Virus record (IMG/VR): IMGVR_UViG_3300044846_004119
Span: 1 to 64,000 of that record
From: a virus
DNA length: 64,000 nt
Direction: 5' to 3' (one strand)
Shown: positions 40,416 through 48,364 of the stretch, one piece after another
Position numbering within the stretch: position 1 is the stretch's first letter
How the letters are laid out: each line of letters opens with the position of its first letter
Position numbers and translations under genes: made by a program
The notes under the pieces: model-generated
Told to the model about the DNA's origin: nothing
Seen by the model: the letters and a program-made list of their open reading frames with translations, nothing else
Database searches by the model: none

Positions 40416-40711
40416 TGAAAATAATAATAACAGAATCTCAAGTGGCATTAATAAGAAGGTTAACTGAGTTAGAACACTATCTTGATATGGCTATTAAAGA
40501 ATTAAATGAGGATATAAAAAGTGGAAGTCCAGGTAATAGACCTGATAATTTTGGTGTTTACGAAGGGTGGGTAATGAATAGAACTAAACGGTATTTTGAA
40601 AATAATAATCCAAATCTTGAATGGCTAAGTCACGATTTTAAGATGTTAGTATCAGGACAATTTAATAATAAAATTAGAAAAGGTTTTAATCAAGTTAAAA
40701 ATAGAAGATGA
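40415..40711 (+). CDS. Hypothetical protein with MKIIITESQ leader
   Basis: 98-aa ORF, translationally coupled. Confidence 0.65.
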   Translation: MKIIITESQVALIRRLTELEHYLDMAIKELNEDIKSGSPGNRPDNFGVYEGWVMNRTKRYFENNNPNLEWLSHDFKMLVSGQFNNKIRKGFNQVKNRR

Positions 40712-41145
40712 AAATACTAATTACAGAAACACAGGACCATGATAATTCTGAGGATAAGTTTAAAGGTGAAAGAGTTATGGTTTATTATAATTTACACAAA
40801 CATACTTTTTCTGTGTCGTATAAATCAAAAGTTATTTTACATGCCGATTACGTTAAATTAAAAGATGTTGAGTTTAGAGTTAGAAAGGCTGGTAAAGAAC
40901 GAGTTAGACGTGAAATGGTAAAAAATGTTCACGCATTTGTTATTGGTGATTTAGTTGATTATTGTCAGTCGCCATGTAAAAATATTCCTAAAGAACCAAC
41001 GGATAATGTAATAACGTATAACCCTTACAAGTATGATAGTTTTGTATATAAATCGAATAAAAACCCAATATACAAAACAAAAGAAATTGATATGATTAAT
41101 TTAAAAAACAAATTATTCGTAATAAAAAAAATAAAAAAACATTAA
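40708..41145 (+). CDS. Conserved phage hypothetical protein with MKILITETQ leader
   Basis: VYYNLHK..FSV...F.V...G.ERVRRE..KNVHAFV.G...ITYNPYKY.SFV pattern. Confidence 0.65.
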   Translation: MKILITETQDHDNSEDKFKGERVMVYYNLHKHTFSVSYKSKVILHADYVKLKDVEFRVRKAGKERVRREMVKNVHAFVIGDLVDYCQSPCKNIPKEPTDNVITYNPYKYDSFVYKSNKNPIYKTKEIDMINLKNKLFVIKKIKKH

Positions 41146-41146
41146 A

Positions 41147-42181
41147 ATGCCATTACCTAAAATTAAAAAAAACATTCCTTTGACACAGTCAAAAACTCTT
41201 TTACCTAGAAGACAGGAATTGGTTGATAAGATTAATAGGGATGGTACCTATCTCCCTAAATCAATATTACATGCCGACTTGGACGGTGGGTTTTTAAATT
41301 TTGTTAAAACAGATTTAAAAACTGTTGTTGACGGAAAGGTAATACCTATGGTTGATATTTTAGTTACAACTCAGAATTGGTCTCAATTCACGGAAACTTG
41401 GAACATTCAAAATATTGATAAAAATGTCGAGCCCCCATTCATAACAGTTGTTCGTATTCCTGAAGTTAAGTTTGGAACTAATCCCGCAACACTATACAAT
41501 ATTCCTAATAGAAAACAATATTTCTACGCACAAGTACCTACTTGGGACGGACAAAGACACGGAGCGGACATTTATAAAATACCACAACCTGTACCTGTTG
41601 ATATAACATATAATGTTAAGATAGTATGTAATAGAATGAGAGAACTAAACAGTTTCAATAAAAATGTAATTGAGATGTTTGCGTCAAAACAAGCCTATAC
41701 TGTGATTAAAGGACATTATATTCCAATAGTAATGGGTAATATTAGTGATGAATCGGTATTTGATTTGGAAAAAAGAAAATATTATGTACAAAGTTATGAA
41801 TTTATATTACTTGGTTTTTTAATTGATGAAGATGAGTTTGAAGTTTCTCCAGCAATTTCAAGAGTATTACAAGTTGTTGAGTTTGAAACACAGACAACAA
41901 GAAAACAACCAAAAAAACTTTCAAACCCCGCAAGTACAACTTTAGATGTTTTATTTGTCGTTGGAAATAATATTATTACACAAATTTTTGATTATACTGT
42001 TGACCTAAATTTAGGTGAAACCGATAATGTTGAATCGTTTGAGGTGTACATTAATAACGACTATTATGGCTCTGATATTGAACAAATTCAAATAAACACT
42101 AACGACACTCTTAAATTAATTATTGTTAAAAATGATGACACAAAAGACAGTATAATTAAGCTCAATAATCTATTGGTTTAA
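41147..42181 (+). CDS. Tail terminator/completion protein (T4 gp15-like)
   Basis: PPFITVVR, PQPVPVDITYNVKI, position immediately before the sheath. Confidence 0.6.
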   Translation: MPLPKIKKNIPLTQSKTLLPRRQELVDKINRDGTYLPKSILHADLDGGFLNFVKTDLKTVVDGKVIPMVDILVTTQNWSQFTETWNIQNIDKNVEPPFITVVRIPEVKFGTNPATLYNIPNRKQYFYAQVPTWDGQRHGADIYKIPQPVPVDITYNVKIVCNRMRELNSFNKNVIEMFASKQAYTVIKGHYIPIVMGNISDESVFDLEKRKYYVQSYEFILLGFLIDEDEFEVSPAISRVLQVVEFETQTTRKQPKKLSNPASTTLDVLFVVGNNIITQIFDYTVDLNLGETDNVESFEVYINNDYYGSDIEQIQINTNDTLKLIIVKNDDTKDSIIKLNNLLV

Positions 42182-42342
42182 TTCTCTCCGTATATATCGG
42201 GTTTTCCTTTACATTTCTCAACAATAAGTCTTTCTAAGAAACGATACATCTTTATCCCTCTTTTTTCACAATAGGTCTTTAAGATATCATGAGCTTCAAT
42301 CGATATCTTTAAATTCTTTATTTTTTTTTCGTTGTTATCCAT
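42178..42342 (-). CDS. 54-aa ribbon-helix-helix-like DNA-binding protein
   Basis: Hand translation: MDNNEKKIKNLKISIEAHDILKTYCEKRGIKMYRFLERLIVEKCKGKPDIYGEN*; below the ORF-track cutoff; TATTTAT box upstream on the minus strand (42377-42383). Confidence 0.7.
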   Translation of the reverse strand: MDNNEKKIKNLKISIEAHDILKTYCEKRGIKMYRFLERLIVEKCKGKPDIYGEN

Positions 42343-42390
42343 GGTAGAAAAAAGGCAGAATTTATTCTCCCTAATAATAAATACTTATAG

Positions 42391-42427
42391 GAAAGTAAAG
42401 TGTTTTGGTTTTTTTTATAATATTTAT
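42391..42427 (+). promoter_or_regulatory. Bipartite motif upstream of the sheath gene
   Basis: GAAAGTAAAG-N20-TATTTAT. Confidence 0.55.
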
Positions 42428-42462
42428 CAATAAAATAAATTAATTAAGAAAACACAAGACTA

Positions 42463-45400
42463 ATGGCAACAAACAGTAAAGTATTTGTATCACCTGGAGT
42501 GTATACTTCTGAAGTCGATTTAAGTTTCGTAGCACAGAGTGTAGGGGTTACTACACTAGGTATTGTAGGGGAGACATTAAAAGGTCCAGCCTTCGAACCT
42601 ATTTTTATTACAAACTTCGACGAATTCTCAACTTACTTTGGGGGAAGTTCTCCCGAAAAATTCATAAATACTCAAATACCAAAATATGAAGCGGCGTATA
42701 TCGCTAAATCTTATTTACAACAATCTAACCAATTGTTTGTTACAAGAATATTAGGTTTATCAGGGTATGATGCGGGTCCATCATGGACAATAACAACTAA
42801 AGCAAACGTAGACCCAGCAACAGTAGATTTCTATTGTGAAAGTGCTACTACGGTTAACTGTATTGACACATGTGTTGATTATAAAGTAGTTGACTTTGCA
42901 ATTGATTTCTCAGGTTGTAATAACAGTTTTGGTTCAATATCATTTATTAACCCAACACAAATTCCGGCAGAAATTGCTGAAAAATTAGACATTCCTTACG
43001 AATTGTTTGATGGAAGTTTATCAACTGTTCGTACAAACATGACTAACCAAATTTTTGATATTCTAAACGAACCGTCTTCAGAAAACACCTCTATTTATTA
43101 TTACGGACCAATTTCAGGAGAAACTTACGAAGCGTTTAGTCCTATCTTTACTGCAGAAACAAATGTATATGGTGTTAATAATGTTGACGCTAACCTTATT
43201 GATTACGCGGCACCAGAAAATGACCCTTGGTATTATAGTTTATTTGATAATCTTGGTAGTGCGGCATATAGTGGATATTCATTTTGGTCTATTGTCACAG
43301 GTTTGACTTTAACACCACCTGTTATAACAACGACAACAACATTACCAGGAACAACAACAACAACAACAACAAATCCTTGTATTACACCAACCCCAATATC
43401 AACAACAACTACAACAACTGCTGCACCTGTTAATTGTTATACAGGAACTTTAATTGGTAGAATTTATGTGTTTTCAGGAACTGCGTTTACTGATTATGAT
43501 GATTTAGTAATTGCAACACTTCGTTCAAGAGGTTTGGCGACATACTCAACAGATGATGGACCTGTTTATGAGGTTAGCGGATTAACAGATGTTACTATGG
43601 ATTGTTTAGGTGCATATTCAGGTGTAACTAAAAATCCATACGCAACATTTGGTATTAATATTACAAATAAAGATGGTAACACGTATTTCTTTGAAACATC
43701 ATTCCAAAATTCTGACCCTAAGTATTTACCAAAAGTATTTGGTTCATCTAACTTTGCAAAACCAAGAACAGTAGTTCCTTTATTTGTTGAAGAAAGATTC
43801 CAAGCTTTATTAAACTACGGATGGAGAAAAGGGTTTATTAGAGGTTTAAGTTGTAACTTAACAGCTTTACCTAACGCAAGACAAGGTTCTGACCCTACAT
43901 CAATCGCTTGGTATTTAGAACAATATCAATCACCAACATCACCGTGGGTAGTATCGGAATTAAGAGGTAACAAAGTTTACAACTTATTTAAATTTACAAC
44001 AATTGCTGATGGTGAGGCGGCTAACACGGAGGTTAAAATTTCAATAGCAAATATTTCATTTAACAATGGAACATTTGACGTATTAGTTAGAGATTTCTTT
44101 GATTCGGACTCAAGTCCAGTTGTTATTGAAAAATTCACTAACTGTAATATGGACCCTAATGATAATGCGTTCATTGCGAAGAAAATTGGCACTATTGACG
44201 GTGAGTATGAATTGAATTCTAAATACGTTATGATTGAACTTAATGAAGACGCACCAATTGACGCATTACCTTGTGGATTCTTAGGATTTAATTTTAGAGA
44301 ATATGCGGGTGTTAGACCTCCATTCCCAATTATTAAACAAAAATATGATTTTCCAGGTGAGGTAGTATATAATCCACCATTTGGTTTATCTTCAGGAGCT
44401 GACGATATTACAAGAAGTAATGGTGATAATGTACGTAGAACTTATTTAGGTATTTCTGATACTATAGGTATTGACGTTGATTACTACTATTACAAAGGTA
44501 AACAACTTCCTTTAGATATTTGTAGTGATTCTACGGGTGAAGATTGGAACTTTAGAAGTAGAGGATTCCATATGGATATTGATGCAAGTGGTATTACTAT
44601 AGCTAATGCATTTGTAACAAGTGGAACCCCAGCATTCTATTGTGGTAGTGCACCGTTTACTAAAGACCCTGATACAGAAGCTAACCCTTACTACAGAATT
44701 TTTGCTCGTAAGTTCTCATTCTTAGTACAAGGAGGATTTGACGGATGGGATATCTATAGAGAACATAGAACAAACAGTGATAGATTCGTATTAGGTAGAA
44801 ATGGATACTTAAAAGGTTCATGTCCATCAATCAAATATCCTACGGCGACAGGTTGGGGAGCATTTAAACAAATTACGGTTGGAGATAACACACAAGGTTA
44901 CGCTAACACCGATTACTACGCTTACTTATTAGGACAAAAAACTTTTGTTAATCCTGAAGCGGTTAATATTAATTTATTTGTTACACCTGGTGTCGATTAT
45001 GTAAATCATTCTGACTTAGTTGGAAGTGCGGTTGATATGATTGAAAATGATAGAGCTGACTCACTTTATGTTTGTACAACTCCTGACTTCAACATGTTTG
45101 TTCCAACAACAACTAATACGCAGGATTTAATTTATCCACAAGAAGCTGTTGATAATTTAGACACTGCAGGAATAGACTCTAACTATACCGCAACTTACTA
45201 CCCATGGGTATTAACAAGAGATACTGTAAACAACACACAAATCTATCTACCTGCAACTGCTGAGGTTACAAGAAACTTAGCTTTAACAGATAACATAGCA
45301 TTCCCTTGGTTTGCCGCGGCGGGTTACACAAGAGGTATTGTAAATGCTATTAAAGCACGTAAGAAGTTAACACAAGAAGATAGAGATACTTTATATCAAG

Positions 45401-45798
45401 GTCGTCTTAACCCAATTGCAACCTTCTCTGATGTTGGAACTGTAATTTGGGGTAATAAAACACTACAAGTTAGACAATCAGCTCTTGATAGAATTAACGT
45501 AAGAAGATTATTACTTCAAGCTCGTAAATTAATTTCTGCGGTGTCTGTAAGATTACTGTTTGAACAAAACGACCAAAAAGTAAGACAAGATTTCTTAGAT
45601 GCGGTTAACCCTATATTAGACGCAATCAGAAGAGACAGAGGTTTATACGATTTCCGTGTAACAGTTTCTTCAGATGCTGCTGACTTAGATAGAAACCAAA
45701 TGACGGGTAAAATCTACGTTAAACCTACAAAGTCGTTAGAATTTATAGACATTACGTTCTATATTACTCCAACAGGTGCATCTTTTGAGAACATCTAA
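42463..45798 (+). CDS. Contractile tail sheath protein (gp18-like) with large insertions
   Basis: VSPGVYTSEVDLS, GETLKGPAFEP, YTATYYPWV, PWFAAAGYTRG, LYQGRLNPI, VIWGNKTLQ..SALDRINVRRLL, LFEQND, KPTKSLEFI. Confidence 0.95.
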   Translation: MATNSKVFVSPGVYTSEVDLSFVAQSVGVTTLGIVGETLKGPAFEPIFITNFDEFSTYFGGSSPEKFINTQIPKYEAAYIAKSYLQQSNQLFVTRILGLSGYDAGPSWTITTKANVDPATVDFYCESATTVNCIDTCVDYKVVDFAIDFSGCNNSFGSISFINPTQIPAEIAEKLDIPYELFDGSLSTVRTNMTNQIFDILNEPSSENTSIYYYGPISGETYEAFSPIFTAETNVYGVNNVDANLIDYAAPENDPWYYSLFDNLGSAAYSGYSFWSIVTGLTLTPPVITTTTTLPGTTTTTTTNPCITPTPISTTTTTTAAPVNCYTGTLIGRIYVFSGTAFTDYDDLVIATLRSRGLATYSTDDGPVYEVSGLTDVTMDCLGAYSGVTKNPYATFGINITNKDGNTYFFETSFQNSDPKYLPKVFGSSNFAKPRTVVPLFVEERFQALLNYGWRKGFIRGLSCNLTALPNARQGSDPTSIAWYLEQYQSPTSPWVVSELRGNKVYNLFKFTTIADGEAANTEVKISIANISFNNGTFDVLVRDFFDSDSSPVVIEKFTNCNMDPNDNAFIAKKIGTIDGEYELNSKYVMIELNEDAPIDALPCGFLGFNFREYAGVRPPFPIIKQKYDFPGEVVYNPPFGLSSGADDITRSNGDNVRRTYLGISDTIGIDVDYYYYKGKQLPLDICSDSTGEDWNFRSRGFHMDIDASGITIANAFVTSGTPAFYCGSAPFTKDPDTEANPYYRIFARKFSFLVQGGFDGWDIYREHRTNSDRFVLGRNGYLKGSCPSIKYPTATGWGAFKQITVGDNTQGYANTDYYAYLLGQKTFVNPEAVNINLFVTPGVDYVNHSDLVGSAVDMIENDRADSLYVCTTPDFNMFVPTTTNTQDLIYPQEAVDNLDTAGIDSNYTATYYPWVLTRDTVNNTQIYLPATAEVTRNLALTDNIAFPWFAAAGYTRGIVNAIKARKKLTQEDRDTLYQGRLNPIATFSDVGTVIWGNKTLQVRQSALDRINVRRLLLQARKLISAVSVRLLFEQNDQKVRQDFLDAVNPILDAIRRDRGLYDFRVTVSSDAADLDRNQMTGKIYVKPTKSLEFIDITFYITPTGASFENI

Positions 45799-45809
45799 AA
45801 TAAAATAAC

Positions 45810-45840
45810 AAACAAGTCGACATAAAACCTCGGCTTGTTT
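45810..45840. terminator. Stem-loop after the sheath gene (terminator or processing/stability hairpin)
   Basis: AAACAAGTCGA-cataaaacc-TCGGCTTGTTT; no clear U-tract after it on the plus strand. Confidence 0.45.
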
Positions 45841-45855
45841 AGCCAAATAGTGAAA

Positions 45856-46677
45856 ATGATAAATAGAAAAAGAATAGTAGAAGGTATTGATGAAGAGGGA
45901 ACACCTGACATGAAATACTATTCATTTGATTGGGATGACAACATACTGATAATGCCAACTAAGATTATCTTAAAAGATGAGGACGGTAATAATTTTGGTA
46001 TGTCAACTGAGGATTTTGCGGAATATAGAACAGACATAGGTGAGGAACCGTTTGAATATGAAGGACATACTATTGTAGGGTTTAGTGATGAACCATTTAA
46101 ATATTTTGGGGTTGATGGAGATAAACAATTTATTGTTGACTCAATGTTAGCTAAACAAGGTCCTGCTTGGCCTGATTTTGTGGAGGCGTTAAATAACGGG
46201 TCTATTTTTTCTATCGTTACCGCTAGAGGTCACACCCCTTCGGTAATTAAAGAGGCGGTATACAACCTAATTGTTTCAAATAAAAATGGAATTAACTCAG
46301 ACGAGTTAGTTAAGAACTTAGAAAAATTTCGACACATTGCCGATGAGGGTGATTTAAATAAACGTGAAATAATTCGTGAATATTTAGACCTTTGTAGATT
46401 TTATCCTGTGAGTTATGGAGAAGGCTCGGCAACAAATCCCGAAGAAGGAAAAATTAAAGCTTTAAAAGAATTTGTTCAGTATATTAAAGAAGTTTCTGAA
46501 CAAATTAAGAAGAAAGCGTATTTAAAGAATAAAATAACTAATAACTTTTTACCTATAATTGGTTTTTCAGATGATGATTTAAGAAATGTGGAAAAAGTTA
46601 AAAGTCATTTTGAAAATGAGCCAGATAATATAATTAAGACTTATTCTACTGCAGGAGGAATTAAAAAAGAATATTAA
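45856..46677 (+). CDS. HAD-superfamily phosphatase-like protein
   Basis: FDWDDN (motif I), IVTARG (motif II), K in EGKIK, GFSDDD (motif IV); ATG at 45856 preferred to TTG 45835. Confidence 0.7.
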   Translation: MINRKRIVEGIDEEGTPDMKYYSFDWDDNILIMPTKIILKDEDGNNFGMSTEDFAEYRTDIGEEPFEYEGHTIVGFSDEPFKYFGVDGDKQFIVDSMLAKQGPAWPDFVEALNNGSIFSIVTARGHTPSVIKEAVYNLIVSNKNGINSDELVKNLEKFRHIADEGDLNKREIIREYLDLCRFYPVSYGEGSATNPEEGKIKALKEFVQYIKEVSEQIKKKAYLKNKITNNFLPIIGFSDDDLRNVEKVKSHFENEPDNIIKTYSTAGGIKKEY

Positions 46678-46724
46678 TAAATAAAACTAGATACTTATAT
46701 GCTAAGAATAATTTTTTAAATCTT

Positions 46725-46762
46725 GAAAGTAAAGATAAAAAATTTATTTGGAGATATTTATA
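46725..46762 (+). promoter_or_regulatory. Bipartite motif upstream of the tube gene
   Basis: GAAAGTAAAG-N20-TATTTATA, identical spacing to the sheath motif. Confidence 0.55.
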
Positions 46763-46802
46763 GAAAACAAAATAAACACAAAATAACAAAAAAAGAAAGA
46801 AA

Positions 46803-47291
46803 ATGGCTGATTTATTGATGAAAATGCCGATACCGTATGAACCAAAAAGACAAAACAGGTTCATTCTTCGGTTCCCAACAACATTGGGTATTAACGAATG
46901 GTTCGTTGAATCTACGTCAAGACCACATATAACTATAAACCCTGTTGAGATTCCCTTCTTAAACACTTCAACCTATGTTGCAGGTCGTTTTACTTGGGGA
47001 ACTCTTAACGTTAAATTCCGTGACCCTATTGGTCCGTCTGCGTCTCAAGCTCTTATGGAGTGGGTACGTCTATGTGCTGAATCAGTGACAGGTCGTATGG
47101 GTTATGCCGCAGGATACAAAAAGAACGTCGATTTAGAAATGTTAGACCCAACTGGTGTTGTTGTTGAGAAATGGATTTTAGAGGGAACATTCTTATCGGA
47201 TGTTAACTTTGACTCATTGGCTTATAATACAGACGCTTTAGCAAGTATCACAGCTACAATGCGAATGGACCGTTGTATATTAGTTTATTGA
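46803..47291 (+). CDS. Tail tube protein (gp19-like)
   Basis: YEPKRQNRF, RP.I....VEIPFLN...YVAGRFTW, F.DPI, W, YKK...L.MLDPTG..VEKW.L.G.F...VNF..L.Y. Confidence 0.92.
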   Translation: MADLLMKMPIPYEPKRQNRFILRFPTTLGINEWFVESTSRPHITINPVEIPFLNTSTYVAGRFTWGTLNVKFRDPIGPSASQALMEWVRLCAESVTGRMGYAAGYKKNVDLEMLDPTGVVVEKWILEGTFLSDVNFDSLAYNTDALASITATMRMDRCILVY

Positions 47292-47328
47292 TTTTTAACT
47301 ATTAAAATATTTCAGTCAAAATATATTT

Positions 47329-47360
47329 AAATCCACATGCTTAGGTATGTGGATTTTTTT
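47329..47360 (+). terminator. Rho-independent terminator
   Basis: AAATCCACATGC-TTAG-GTATGTGGATTT followed by T-run, 38 nt after the tube stop. Confidence 0.8.
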
Positions 47361-47416
47361 GTTTCTATTTAAAAAAAAAGAAATTACTGTATATTTTATT
47401 ATAAAAGACAAACAAT

Positions 47417-48175
47417 ATGGACCAAAGTATCATTGACGCAGGAACGGAGAGTTTTAACTTACCTCACGATATAGTACAACTACCTTCAGGTGGTGTATTT
47501 TATAAATCAAAAAAGAAATCAATTAAAGTCGGTTACTTGACCGCAAATGACGAAAACGCTTTGATGGGGGCAACACAAATGAGTAATGATAATATCATTA
47601 TGACTTTATTACGTAGTAAAATTTATGAACACGATTTAAGACCTGAAGAATTATTGGACGGTGATATTGAGGCTATTCTTATTTTCTTACGTAACACTTC
47701 ATTTGGCCCTGAATATAAAATATCTGTAACTGACCCCAAAACAAGTAAACCTTTTTCACATACAGTAGTATTGGATGAGTTAAACATTAAAAAAACACAA
47801 CACCAACCTGACGAAAATGGTGTTTTTACAACAACATTACCGAAATCAGGAGTTTCGGTTAAATTAAAACCATTAAGTTTTGCTGAAACAACTGAAATCA
47901 GTAAAATGGCTGACCAATATCCTGTAGGACGAACGGCGCCAGTCATTACTTGGAGACTAGCAAAACAAATTATTGAAATTAACGGGAATGATTCCAAGGA
48001 ACAAATTTCAAATTTCGTTAACTCAATGCCAATTATGGATTCTAAGTATATCCGTAATTTTATTAGAGAAAATCAACCTTCATTAGATTTAGTAAAATCA
48101 GTAAAAGCCCCTTCAGGAGACTTGGTATCTTTCGAGATTACCTTTGGGGTGGAGTTTTTTCGGCCTTTCTTCTAA
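47417..48175 (+). CDS. Tail assembly chaperone / baseplate hub assembly protein (T4 gp26-like)
   Basis: LPSGG.FY, YLTA.DE..L, D..AILIFLR..SFG..Y, D...IR.FI.E.QP.LD; lies between tube and tape measure. Confidence 0.7.
   Translation: MDQSIIDAGTESFNLPHDIVQLPSGGVFYKSKKKSIKVGYLTANDENALMGATQMSNDNIIMTLLRSKIYEHDLRPEELLDGDIEAILIFLRNTSFGPEYKISVTDPKTSKPFSHTVVLDELNIKKTQHQPDENGVFTTTLPKSGVSVKLKPLSFAETTEISKMADQYPVGRTAPVITWRLAKQIIEINGNDSKEQISNFVNSMPIMDSKYIRNFIRENQPSLDLVKSVKAPSGDLVSFEITFGVEFFRPFF
48151..48163 (+). promoter_or_regulatory. Candidate programmed +1 ribosomal frameshift site GGAG-TTT-TTT-CGG
   Basis: P-site UUU can re-pair on UUC; the A-site CGG is expected to be rare in this AT-rich genome; SD-like GGAG ends 3 nt upstream of the P-site codon. 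Confidence 0.6.
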
Positions 48176-48320
48176 TCACAAACAATTTTTAATTGAGGAG
48201 TATTATTTTTTGGCGAGATTTATAAGATTATCTTATACTGAATTTCACATTATGCCAACTTATATGCGAAAGTACCTAATCGATAGAATTATTGAGGACA
48301 ATACACCTAAAAACGGTTAG
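48162..48320 (+). CDS. gp51-like chaperone extension in the +1 frame (no good start codon of its own)
   Basis: GLSSNHKQFLIEEYYFLARFIRLSYTEFHIMPTYMRKYLIDRIIEDNTPKNG*; the Y..L......S.......MP...R.Y....I pattern resembles T4-like gp51/TAC C-terminal segments. Confidence 0.65.
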   Translation, partial: GLSSNHKQFLIEEYYFLARFIRLSYTEFHIMPTYMRKYLIDRIIEDNTPKNG

Positions 48321-48364
48321 TAAAATTGTTTTTGGTGTATTTATACATATATAATATTTAAACT

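Noticed and set aside
48157-48192. Classical -1 frameshift at the chaperone
   Set aside because: The -1 frame terminates at TAA 48190-48192 after about 11 codons.
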